A model generated the notes under the pieces. It did no database searches. It was not told the DNA's origin and worked only from the letters and a program-made list of their open reading frames with translations. Below, one piece after another: positions 39,101-51,199 of a stretch of 64,000 bases of DNA. The DNA is taken from the NCBI GenBank assembly GCA_964016885.1, contig OZ024743.1, positions 237,894,001 to 237,958,000 on the forward strand. Direction: 5' to 3'. This DNA comes from Eledone cirrhosa (taxonomy: Eukaryota). Position 1 is the stretch's first letter. Every line of letters starts with the position of its first letter. Made by a program: the position numbers and the translations under genes.

Positions 39101-40025
39101 ATACCTCAACGGACTGCCGCGGCTCTTGACGACCGCAGCGCAGTGCTGCGAAAAGCCGATAACAGCAGGTGAAATACGGGAAGCGATGTCTGACTGCACG
39201 AGGGGTAAATCGCCAGGTTTGGATGGTCTGCCCTACGAGCTTTATGCGTACATGCCAGACTTGTTCGGCGACCTCATGGCAGATGTCTACTGCAACTGGC
39301 AGCAGAACGGGAGCATTCCCAGTTTTGTGAGCCGGGGAGCGGTGGCGCTGCTGAGAAAAGACCCGAACAAGGGGGACGCTGTAGACAACTTCAGACCCAT
39401 AACTCTGCTAAACGCAGAGTTTAAGATATTGGCCAAGGTGTTAGCAAAGAGATTGGCGCTTGTCGTCGGTGATCTGGTGGGAGAGGCGCAGACATACACC
39501 ATTCCGGACAGATTCATCCATGACAACCTCCATCTCATGCGATACATCATAGAGAGGGTGGTTAAGGAACCTGGCACGGGTGGGGCCCTGATCAATTTGG
39601 ATCAATCTAAAACATTTGATAGGGTCGACCATCGGTACCTGGCTGCGGTCCGCGGCGCGGCCAGCTTCGGGATCGTTTTTAGGAGCTGGATCGCTGCGAT
39701 GCACAGCGACATCTGCTCGATTGTGAGGGTGAATGGTCACCTGTCGCAGCCTTTTAGCATCATGCGCTTGGTCCACTAGCGTTGCCCCCTCTCGTCCCTC
39801 TTGTACGTACTGGCCCTAGAGCCGTTACTGCACAAGAGACGATGAGGAGTGTCCCACGCGCACTGGGATAAGAAACAACATAGTTTTAGCCGACGACGTC
39901 ACCGTGGTGGTGTCGAGCACCAAACACGTCCAGATGCTCGGCACCGCTCTCAAGGAATACGAAGCGGTGACAGGAGCAAAGATAAACCAGGAAAAGTCGG
40001 TGGGCTTGCAACTCGGCACCTGGAG
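36160..40025 (+). mobile_element. L1/Tx1-clade LINE copy 2 (3'-truncated)
   Basis: ORF1 CFLCGQKGHLRAFC. ORF2 from ~37862 has APE (ISET, GDWN, YLDR, TDH) and RT (KSPGLDGLP, FRPITLLN, DQSKTFDRVDH). Confidence 0.88.
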
Positions 40026-40054
40026 ATTATACAATGTTATACAATGTTGATATA

Positions 40055-43000
40055 AGCAGTTCGGTACCATCTCGGTACTGTTCAAAACCGAGGCCCTTGC
40101 TATTAAGCACTCAGTGATCCCTTGCAGAACGGAACAAGTCCTCCATGGGCAAAAGGACAGTAAAGGTCCGCATTCCCAGGATCCCACTAGGAATGAAAAT
40201 ATGGTGGCTCCTGGGATGCGTAATCAAGGAGGGGACAGACACTACTCTCCTGGATATCAAAAGGACAGAGAGAGAGAAGACTGGTCCGGAATGGATTTGG
40301 AGATTTTTCTCCAAATGAAACTAGAGGACATCAACAACATACCGGAATTTTCCCGCCTGCAGGACGGGACAAAAATCCAACTAATCACTGAGGTAAGAAG
40401 GCCGAACTGCTTCGGCTGCGGGGAAGCAATGCATCTGCAAGCCTTCTGCCCTCAGCGCAAAAATGCAGAGGGTCGCAAACCTCCTTTGTTGCCAACGCCA
40501 GTGTCAGCACGGAAAGCTGCACCACAGTAAGTAAACCTTCCGTCTCTCTTTTAGCTTGCCAACATGGCCATATTAAGAGTAGGAAGTTTAAATGTTCGCG
40601 GCCTGGGGTCACCCTGGAAGCTGGGTCGCCTGCTCAACGACCTCAGGTCTCTGGAAATGGATGTGATTGCCGTCAGCGAGACCAGGATTTCCGACACGCG
40701 CGCACTAGCCCCCATTTTCGACGACTATCAGATCTTCGCATCTGTTAGTATGCCGGGAATGGGAGGTGGGGTGGCAGTGGTGTTTAGGAAAGATCTGGAT
40801 CTCGAGGTAAGGTCGATCTTCCGGGACCCGGACGGTAAATTGGTGGTCCCTGATGTGAGCAGTAGCGAAGGTGGTGCTTTTAGACTGCTGGCCGTCTATG
40901 CCCTACTGGGGCCGGATGACCGGACTTATTTAGGCGCATAGAAACCTTTCTGGGTACGTCTCGCCCTCTACTGTTAGCAGGGGACTGGAACGGCATCTTA
41001 GACGCATGCTGGGATTGTGTGAGAGTAGCTGATAGGAGCGGGGGGTGCATAAGCCTCAAACACCTAATCAGCCAGTTCCAACTGTCTGACAGGTATCGAC
41101 TAGATTTCCCCAATGTGCCAGTGTGGACCTGGACTATCCGCATAGGGTCATCTAGATCGTATATAGACAAGATCTTCATTAGGAAAATAGATAGAAATAG
41201 TGTAGGCTGCCCAATTTTTAAAACGGTCGCCTATTCAGATCACAAATTTGTGATCTGTTTACTCGACCTAGATAAAACACGTAGGTTGGGACCAGGTTAC
41301 TGGAAGCTGAACATGTCATTTCCGGAATGTAAGGCTTACAGGGACCGAGTCAACAATTTAGTTAAGCAAAAGTTGACAGGAGGGATTATCAACAACATAT
41401 GGTGGGGGGGGGGGGGGGATCTTAAAAGAGAGATTAGAGTAACTTCGATAAAGTTCAGCAAAGAACTAGCGTTAGAGAAAAATAGAAAGGAGTGGGAGCT
41501 GGTAGATAAGTTAGAAGGGGCTATTTGTAGTGGCATTGCAACTGACGTGCTAGCGGCGAGAATGGCATTAGATAATTTCTTCAATGCGAAACACGAAGGT
41601 TGCATTGTCAGAGCTAAGGCGCGTGCGCTGTGAAACGAGGGAACCAAAGCTATTCGATGGGCCCGCGTGGCGGAGGCGCAGCGTGGTAATAAAACCACAA
41701 TTCGGTCTTTGGCGGATCGAGACGGACACGAGATACGCGATTCCAAGAGGATGTGTGAGGCCTCCGCCAGCACTGTGCTCGGTTGATCGGGGGGAGTGGC
41801 GATTCAGAGAGAGTAGCGGATTTCATCCCTACCTTGACGGCTTGCCGCGCATCTCGACGGTCGACGCTGAACGCTGCGAAAGACCGATTACTTGAGCTGA
41901 AATTGAGGACGCCCTTGTCGGCTGTATGAGGCGCAAGTCACCCGCTTTGGATGGCCTGCCCTACGAGCTTTACGTAAATATGCCAGACTTGTTCTCCGAA
42001 CTCCTCGAAGCACTCTACTGCAACTGGCAGCAGAATGGGAGTATTCCCAGTTCTGTGAGCAGGGGAGTGGTGACGCTGATAAGGAAAGACGAGAACAAGA
42101 GGGATACATTAGACAACTTCAGGCCCATAACTCTGCTCAACGCAGAGTTTAAGATTTTGGCCAAGGTGTTAGCAAAGAGATTGGCGCTTGTCGTCGAGGA
42201 TTTGGTTGGGGAGGCGCAAACTTGTGCAATCCCAGCCAGGTCCATACACGACAATCTCCACCTCATGCGATACATCATAAAGAGGGTAGGGTAGGGTGTA
42301 AACCTGGCTTCGGTGGGGCACTGATCAATTTAGATCAATCGAAAGCATTCGATAGGGTCGACCATCGGTATCTGGAGTTTGTCCTCGAAGCAGCTGGCTT
42401 TGGGCCTGTCTTCAGAAGCTGGATCGCTGCAATGAACAGCGGCACACGCTCGGTGGTCAAGGTTAATGGCCACCTCTCGGAACCATTTCGGCTCTCCCGA
42501 TCGGTCCGTCAAGGGTACCCTCTCTCTTCCCTTCTGTACGTATTGACTCTCGAACCTTTACTGCGGAAGCTGGAGCTGTTGCAGGGCATCCCGCTCGAAC
42601 CGAGACATGGAAAGGCGGTGTCGGCTTATGCGGACGACATCACCGTGATGGTGTCAGACACCTCAGAAATCGAGGCGGTCGGCACCTTATTGAAGGAATA
42701 TGAAAGGTTGACAGCAGCCAAACTTAACCCGGAAAAGTCGGTGGGCTTGCAGATCGGAATCTGGAGAGGCAATCCTATGCCGTCCAACACCGTCGTGGGG
42801 CGCTGGACGGACGGACCGGTAAAGTTGCTCGGGGTTTGGTTCGGACCAGACCTCCAGGTGGAAAAGAATTGGGACGAGGTAACGAGCAGGGTAGCCAATC
42901 ACACCCAAAAATGGGCTGGGAGGAAGCTATCACTGAAAGGTCGCGCAGAGGTGGCGAATACGTACATCGTGTCCGTCATCTACTACCGCCTGACCGTCGT

Positions 43001-43630
43001 GCCTTGCCCTCGTCCAAGCCTCGTCAAGTTGGAACGGCTCCTCTTCAAATTCTGGTGGAAAGGACAAGTTCCATTGGTGAGGCGGTCCATCGGCTGGGCA
43101 TGCCGTGGCTAATAATGCGCAGACATGCGCTGAGGCTGCGACATCTCCAGATATTCTGCCTAAACGGTGAACAGGTGTGGTCGCCGTTTATCAGACGAGC
43201 CCTTCCGCAGCTTGTTATTTTGACTGAGCTGCAGTCCTGCGTCAAGAAGAGACCGAGACTGGGTGACTGGCACCTGGAATGTTGCCTGGCACTCACTGCC
43301 CTCTACCAAGCGGGCAATGCGATCAGTGGAACTTCCACTCTTGAGTTCTATAGAGGATTAGTGGCGGGAAAGTGCGTTGACGCACTTGGAGAAGCTTTGG
43401 CCTCGACGAAGTCGAACTGACCAGTCTGTACCAGAGGACTTTCGAGCCGGGGACGATGGACAATTTCCAGAAATCCCTCGCTTGGCAGTGCTACCGGGGG
43501 GCACTGCAGGTTTGGGATAAACTCTACAGACACGGAAGTGATGACAGACGGACCTGCCCAAGATGCGCACAGAGCGACGAAACCGTTCTGCACGCACTTG
43601 TCCAATGTCCGTGCATTACTGACTTGTGAT
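40055..43630 (+). mobile_element. L1/Tx1-clade LINE copy 3
   Basis: ORF1 remnant CFGCGEAMHLQAFC. ORF2 from 40564 has APE, RT (DQSKAFDRVDH, QGYPLS, AYADD) and C-terminal CPRC..ETVLHAL..C. Frameshifted. Confidence 0.9.
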
Positions 43631-44104
43631 AAATGTAGATAGGAATTTGTAAATATACTTTAGTTGTTTAAGTAACGCCCGAATGAGTATCTGCCGCCAC
43701 CAACTAACTTGCCTTCCGCCTTTGAGTCTCGATTGACAGGATGGCGGAGGACGGCGAGAGAAACGCACTGAAACAGCCACTCCACCTCACGGGGCTCGCA
43801 CCTGCGGACGGCCAACTCTGCCCCGACAGTGTATATCTTGTTAGCGATTTTGGTATGAATCTTCTAATCTTCTTGAATTACGAGTTAGAACTATTAATTT
43901 CAAAATGATTATATATTTTAAAAACCTTTCATCATCATTTAATATCAGAACATGTGTTAAGGTGTGCTCCAAACATCAGATAAGTAATGAGAATGTTAAT
44001 TATATTATTAAATTCCTCTACATTTTTGATTATTTAAAAAAGTATTTGAAAATTACAGGCAGTGTGTTTCATAAGAAATATGGTAACGAAGAGGTTAATG
44101 TGTT

Positions 44105-44335
44105 TATATTTCAGCACCTTAGACTTGCCATCACCCATGGCAATGCTGCGAGCGTATTGGCTACGTCAATGTGCTTAGTTAACCCTTATGATGTGATGTG
44201 CGGTTGATTGTAGCACTAGGTTGTGAAGTGATGATAGTTTTTGTTTTTAACCCCCAAATGTTGTTACTCTCTTTTATGCGTTTATCAACGACATTATATT
44301 TGTAATGTTCTTCTGAACGAATTACAAGAATTTAT
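44105..44335 (+). mobile_element. Possible CRE-like retroelement 3' fragment
   Basis: FQHLRLAITHGNAASVLAT resembles the C-terminal FQRLS.A.QRGNAA motif of RLE-type elements. Confidence 0.4.
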
Positions 44336-44416
44336 AACGTTATTTGCGCATTTATATATAAATATATACCCGAGTCTTCTTAAATTTATTTTGTTATTTA
44401 CGGATTTGTAACATTA

Positions 44417-44615
44417 GTGGATTGGCAGTATCGGTAGAGGGTCTGACGCCATGCTTTGCAGCATAGAGTTACGGCCCTTTATGATCTCTGTTCAAATCCC
44501 GCCGCGGTTAAGTTTGCCTTTCATCTTACGGGGTCGATAAAATATAGTACCAGTTTAATCGACTTTCCCCTCCCCAAAAATTGATGGCCTTGTGCCTATA
44601 TAAGAAACCGTTATT
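44417..44615 (+). mobile_element. tRNA-derived SINE family 2
   Basis: Matches 59458-59645. Confidence 0.8.
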
Positions 44616-45139
44616 TATGCAACTTTGAATAAAAGATTTTGTGGTAAAAAAAAATTTACGATGCTTGGAGGATGTAAAAAAATACTACTATATCTCTAAC
44701 CACACACACACGCACACAGAAAATGCATGGAGGTACAGTATACATTTTCCCAGAAGATTGGTTTTTTAGTGCATTGCCAAACTTTCCTTCAACCTTTTGA
44801 TGCCAAACTGTCTGAAGCCGTCCTTGATTTTACAATACAAATCTTTGCTTTGCAATCTAAAATCCTTCCATTATAATTTTATGTAAAAACCCTTATTAAA
44901 TTATGTTCCAAACACCAGCTTAATAACTGGAAAGTTAGTTTACAAATGTCCTCCGAATACTTGATGATTTTAAATATTTATACACCATAGGCAGTGTCCT
45001 TAATGAGTAATATGGTCATGAAAGTGATAAATGCAAACAAATGTTGAAAATAATATTTTGAGCATAAATGAAATAATTTGTTTGTGCTAACCCGGTTATA
45101 TATTTATATCCTTCACTTCTAAACTAGTAGCGTTGAAAC

Positions 45140-46820
45140 CAGTGGCGTCTTGCGTCTAAAATAAGTTGGGGTGTTGCTTCAGAATTTTTTAGGCATCGTT
45201 TTAATATTGTGTAAAACGAAACAAACATGAAATGAAAATTATTTTTTACTTAAATTGTTACAGTTCAAGCTTGATCTATTCATTTAAAAATGAAATTCAT
45301 TCTTCTTGTTTTACTTTGAGCGAAACGGTTAATAATTTCCTCCTTGATCCCTCGATGACTGTTGAGGAAATTTTTCTTCATTGAAAGCACTGTAAGTGCA
45401 TTTAGTCTTTTAGGATTCATAGTGCTCCTAAGAAAACTTTTTATTCTTTTCAGTGTTGAAAATCAGCGTTCTGGCTATGATGTAGTCATGGAAATTGTCA
45501 AGAGGATTTTTATCAGTTTCGTAATTTCACTAAGAACACAATCTAGATCATTTTCCAAGATAAACTTCAGCAGCTCAATTAATTTGCAATATTCATGCAT
45601 ATCAGCTCTACAATAGAATAGTTTTAGTTCAGTTTCAACCTTTTCTTTGTCAATCATCGGATATGGTTCTGTAGGCAGTTCATTCTTAAAATTAGTGAAG
45701 CTTTTCTTGTTGAACAATTTAGCAGCTACTAAGTGTTTAGTGGAAGAATATCTGTCTATTATATCAACACATATGCAGTCAAACACTTCCTTTGCTTCTG
45801 CCATAAATGTATTTGAAGGATCCTCACAGTACTTCCAGTTTCTTATTTCTAAAATAGCAGTTTTGAAATCTTATATATTCATTGACTATAAACTCACTCA
45901 TTTCTTTAGATTGCATTTGGTTGTAAATTGCTTCAAATCTCTTACCAAAATATGAAATTATCATCATTCATGTATTTTAAAATTCCTGTTGCTTCTGCAC
46001 TGGTTTGATCTGCTTTTTAAAGATTGCAAATTTTCTTGGTTTCTTCACGGTCCATATGTTAAAGTTCCACATTGTAGAGGATGGACGTGGAATGCTGATG
46101 TCATATGCTTCTTGAGAATGGATACACGTTGTGGTGATCTTGAGAAGAATGCTGAAATAGCAAAATATTAGAGAAAAATATTCTTGGGGTCAGTATAATA
46201 CTTGCTGCACTTTTCATTATTAAATTAAGTTGATGTGCATGACAGTGAATATGTGCATTATTGTAAACTGTTTTTATTTTTGCTTGAACTCCCTCTTTTT
46301 TGCCTTTCATGACATTTGAACCATCAGCTGTCAGTTTTTGTCCATTTTCATGAAGGATTATGTCTAATTGTTCTAGAATACGTTTTGATATGCCATCTGA
46401 TGTTTAATTTTCTGGAATAAAGAATCCCCCAAAATGTTCAAATATTTCTTCATTTGACATGTACTGTAGAACAATGACCATTTGAGTGTGTTTCCAAACA
46501 TCTGTTGTGTCATCCACCATGACGGCTACAAATGAAACTTCGCTGATTTTTGTCCTTACCTCCTCATGGTATATTTGTAGCAGGCAGTCAAGGATCTCAT
46601 TCTAAATGGTCTTAGAAACACCTTTGAAGACCTATTGGTTTTTAAGTGATTCTTCAAATCTGGATCTAATTTAGATGCAAAATTTATTAATTCCTAAATA
46701 CCTCTGTATTTACTAAATCATCTTTTTCATCGTGTCCATTAAGGGAGTTTCAAAGTTTCTACAAAATAAAATAATCAATTATTTTGGATAAAATTTCACG
46801 GTTCTTTTTAACCTTCGTGA
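45140..46820 (-). mobile_element. Decayed hAT transposase (ZMYM1-like family)
   Basis: Minus-strand fragments VMVDDTTDV, HIHCHAHQLNL, KILLTISMTTS..FSTLKRIK.FLRSTM..RLNAL (hAT dimerisation region). TIR-like cagtggcg at 45140. Confidence 0.8.
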
Positions 46821-47724
46821 TAGGTTCTACGCAATATGGTGTTTTAGGATCGCTAGCTTAGGATGACCCCAGCTTTGTCGAGCAAGAGGAAGAAGAAGAA
46901 TATTGTATATAATAACCCCATATTAAGATATTAATACCTATATTGAAATATTAACACCAATATTGTATATACTGATATTGTCAATAGATTTGAATGACTT
47001 TATTCATTTAATTAATTGTTTTGTCTCTTTCAAATATTCTTCTAGGTAAACAGAATTGTAAATTTGAAGACAGATTCTGGGAAAACGTTTTAGTATTTAT
47101 TCGGTTTTAACATGACAGAAAAAGAAGGCTGTCAACAGAAAACAGAAAATCAATTAATTACAAGTAAATCATCTTTTCCCAAGCTGTGACTTGATTTTAG
47201 AAAAATCCTGTTATTTTTCTAACCTGTTATTATAATAACTTACTTCTTCAAATGTTACTGCCTGAAACTTTCCAGATCATCACCTGTAAGTTGGGTGTAT
47301 TAAGGCTATTGTTTTTCGCATATCCACTCACACCACTTCTAACGTCCAGCGCACGAGGTGAGATATTCACTCGTGTGGCTTTTAGTTGTATGTGTTTGTG
47401 CCATTTGATCTTATCTCTTGCTGAGGAATGCCTACGGATTATCTGTTACAAACAGAATTTTCAGAGCGAAACAGATTAAATCTCTAATCTGTCCAAGAGA
47501 TGAAATAGTTATTGAGACAGTCTGTATATATATTCTATATTTTCCGTTTGCTTCAGGTTAAATTTATCAAACCAATGTGGTATTTCAACCCTCGTAATTT
47601 TAGACACACAATTTACTGTGTTTATTTCTACATATATTATTATATAATGCTCAGTATTTATACTTTGAGTTTGTTAATTACAGGGTATCAATATGAGTTA
47701 GTAACTCTGTATTTTATTTGTATT

Positions 47725-47771
<47 letters not shown>

Positions 47772-47776
<5 letters not shown>

Positions 47777-48747
47777 TAAAGTTAGTCCTTCATCAGTGAT
47801 ATTCCAACCATCATTGGTATTTCATCGCTTTAAAGACCATATACCTCTGGTTGGTGCGAGCAACGGCTAAAAAAAGTCGTTGGGACACGTAAATAAAGGG
47901 GACACGAGAGTGTAACAAACAAAGATAGTGAAGCAACGAAAAGTGACGAAGAAGGAGTCAAGTCCCAAATTTCCATGAATATAAGTTCGGTGAAATCGTG
48001 AACGAGAGAGAATAAAGGCCATCAAACCTGGTTGGAATGTGAGAAAGGAAGGAATTCCGTACAGGTCTAACGGGAGGAAGAAGGGATCTAGTCTGTGAAT
48101 TTGGTGAACGTAAGTTCTGTGAAATCGTAGACGAGAGAGAGAAAAAAGCGACCTGCCTGACCAAGGGTGCGAAAGAAAAGAATTACGCACAGGTCAAACG
48201 GGAATAAGGAGAAGGAGGAGGAGAGGTAGTAACAGAGAGTGAGTGAGTGAAGGGTGAGGAAGAGGCTAACAGAGAGAGTGACTGTTAGAGAGGGTAAAGA
48301 TACAGAGAAAGAAGAAGCAGTAAGAACGGAATAGATGGGTCACAGCGGGGGGGAAAATATGTGTAAATATGAGAAGAAACGTGCTGCATGGTTGCTAATG
48401 GGTTACATATGAATAAAGTTAGTCCTTCATCAGTGATATTCCAACCATCATTGGTATTTCATCGCTTTAAAGACCATATACCTCCGGTTGGTGCGAGCAA
48501 GGGCTAAAAAAAGTCGTTGGGACACGTAAATAAAGGGGACACGAGAGTGTAAACAAACAAAGATGGTGAAGCAACGAAAAGTGAGGAAGAAGGAGTCAAG
48601 TCCCAAATTTCCATGAATATAAGTTCGGTGAAATCGTGAACGAGAGAGAATAAAGACCATCAAACCTGGTTGGAATGTGAGCAAGAAAGGAATTCCGTAC
48701 AGGTCTAACGGGAGGAAGAAGGGATCTAGTCTGTGAATTCGGTGAAC

Positions 48748-48750
<3 letters not shown>
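47772..48750 (-). repeat. ~1.5 tandem copies of a 637-bp non-coding unit between (TA)n tracts
   Basis: 47772-48110 recurs at 48409-48750. Internal ~128-bp sub-repeats. Minus strand carries CTGATGAaggactaac once per unit. Confidence 0.8.
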
Positions 48751-48782
<32 letters not shown>

Positions 48783-48791
48783 AAAAAGTAT

Positions 48792-48889
48792 GACCCCGAC
48801 GGCAGAGCTCAAGCCGTTTCGACGGTTATTTCCGGACTAAATTAGAATTTTTAGCCTGGTGAATAAATAGCCGAACTTGTCAAGAGGGT
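48792..48889 (-). ncRNA. Type I hammerhead ribozyme (U3-A8)
   Basis: Minus strand: ccctc-TTGACAA-gttcggcta...taaccgtc-GAAA-cggcttgagctctgccg-TC-ggggt. Confidence 0.75.
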
Positions 48890-49029
48890 ACTTCCTTATA
48901 TGGGAAGATTGTAGTTGTCAAGAGGATTGGTTAAAATTTGTTGTAAACACAAATAAGTCTATCATGGCATTTGGTGGGAGGTAGGGGTGGCTGAACTTGC
49001 CGGTAGAACAATAGGGGTGTGAGTGGAGT

Positions 49030-49127
49030 ACCTCCTTGACAAGTTCGGCTATTTATTCACCAGGCTAAAAATTCTAATTTAGTCCAGAAATAGCCGTCGA
49101 AACGGCTTGAGCTCTGCCGTCGGGGTC
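49030..49127 (+). ncRNA. Type I hammerhead ribozyme (U3-A8)
   Basis: cctcc-TTGACAA-gttcggcta...tagccgtc-GAAA-cggcttgagctctgccg-TC-ggggt. Predicted cleavage after 49121. Confidence 0.8.
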
Positions 49128-49217
49128 ATACTTTTTCCTATTTCCCACTCTACTACCCTAAGTATTGAGTACTCTGGTGCGTTATGGTCCATCTGGTTCC
49201 TTACCACAATTCCTTTG

Positions 49218-49277
<60 letters not shown>

Positions 49278-49350
49278 TGAATATATATTGAATAGTAGAA
49301 TGATTATTGAGACATCTGCTGTAATATGTGTTAATTTAATTATATTCTAC

Positions 49351-49459
49351 GTTCATATTGGTATCCTCTGATCCTGGTTATTCTGGGAAAATTTGGAATC
49401 TCTGCAGCTTATGGTTCAATTTATCTGTTAACAGCAGAAATATTTCCAACAGTAGTTCG
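49351..49459 (+). pseudogene. Duplicated SLC22-like exon with mutated acceptor (AC instead of AG)
   Basis: SYWYPLILVILGKFGISAAYGSIYLLTAEIFPTVVR|gtaagt. Near-identical to 12535-12643, including downstream intron sequence. Confidence 0.85.
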
Positions 49460-49892
49460 GTAAGTTTTGTTGAGACATCTTTGTGAAAATCCAAGAATTT
49501 TTGATTTGCCAAAGTCCATAAAGTAACAGATAGATTGAGGTGTATGTAATGAGGTGTGTAGATTGCAGTGTATATAATGTGGTGTGCAAATAGTGGTGTA
49601 TATAATGCGATGTGCAGATTTTGGAGTATATTAGGTGGTATGTAGATTGTTGTGTATATAGTGTGATGTATAGATTGTGATGTATAGAATGGTGTGCATA
49701 GATTGTGATATTTAGAATGTGGTGCATAGATTGTAGTGTGTAGAATGTGGTGTGTAGAATGTGGTGTGTAGATGGTAGTGTGTAGATAGTAGTGTGTGGA
49801 TAGTGGTGACTAAAATTTAGTGTATTGATTGAGGTGTGTAGATAGTTGTGTGTGCTGTGACAAACACATATATCTGCCAATACTGCAGTGTA

Positions 49893-50830
49893 CTGAGCTG
49901 TAGCTATTTACAAACCATGTGTTTAAACTATGACCTAAGTTGTTGCTATTTACACCCCATGTGTTTAAACTATGACCTAAGCTGTATCTATTTACAAACT
50001 ATGTGTTTAAACTATGACCTAAGCTGGAGCTATTTACAAACCATGTGTTTAAACTATGACGTAAGCTGGAGCTATTTACAACCCATATGTTTAAACTATG
50101 ACCTAAGCTGTAGCTATTTACAACCCATGTGTTTAAACTATGACCTTAGCTGTAGCTATTTACGACCCATGTGTTTAAACTATGACCTAAGCTGTAGCTA
50201 TTTACAAACTATGTGTTTAAACTATGACTTAAGTTGTAGCTATTTACAAACTATGTGTTTAAACTATGACGTAAACTATAGCTATTTACAACCCATGTGT
50301 TTAAACTTTGACCTAAGCTGTAGCCACTTACAAACCATGTGTTTAAATTATGACCTAAGTTGTCGCTATTTACAACCCATATGTTTAACTTAAGGTGTAA
50401 CTATTTACAAACTATGTGTTTAAACTATGACGTAAGCTGTACTTCTATACAAACCATGTGTTTAAACTATGATCTAAGCTGTAGCTCTATACAAACCATG
50501 TGTTTAAATTATGACCTAAGTTGTTGCTATTTACAACCCATATGTTTAAACTATGACCTAAGCTGTAGCTATTTACAAACTATGTGTTTAAACTATGACC
50601 TAAGCTGTACCTACTTACAAACCATGTGTTTAAATTATGACCTAAGTTGTCGCTATTTACAACCCATATGTTTAACTTAAGGTGTAACTATTTACAAACT
50701 ATGTGTTTAAACTATGACCTAAGCTGTACCTACTTACAAACCATATGTTTAAATTATGACCTAAGCTGTAGCTATTTACAAACCATATGTTTAAACTGTG
50801 ACCTAAGCATTAGCTATTAACAAATCATGT
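49893..50830. repeat. 42-bp minisatellite (~22 units)
   Basis: Unit agctgtagctatttacaaaccatgtgtttaaactatgaccta. Confidence 0.95.
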
Positions 50831-51199
50831 ATAATAATAATAACAATAAAAATTATTGTGTACAACTCATCAAAGGTGCATGTATAGTACATAGAATAAT
50901 GTACAAATGTCAGGAAAATGAACAATGTATGAGTCATGATATACAGACAGATACATGCGGGCGTGTGTATTGAGAGGGAATATCAGGTGTAGCGCTGGTG
51001 AATTTTGGGAAGCATGGAAATTTTGAAGGAGGCATTGTCCCGACAGTTAACAACTGATGTAGTATAAAACTATTATAATCAGAAATTGTATTCAATGTCT
51101 CGTTAAATTGCAGAATTGAATTAATACATTTCAAATTTATATCTTAGAAAACATGGTTCCACTACATACACAATAACTAATAGTATAACTTTTTCATTA

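Larger units (their letters stand above)
48781..49218. mobile_element. Inverted pair of Penelope terminal repeats, related to the 893-3577 element
   Basis: 48781-48885 is the reverse complement of 49034-49138. The minus arm is homologous to 3330-3577. Flanked by (TA)n. Confidence 0.85.

Noticed and set aside
49848-50680. Cys-rich repeat protein ORFs
   Set aside because: These are translations of a 42-bp minisatellite with no splice or start support.
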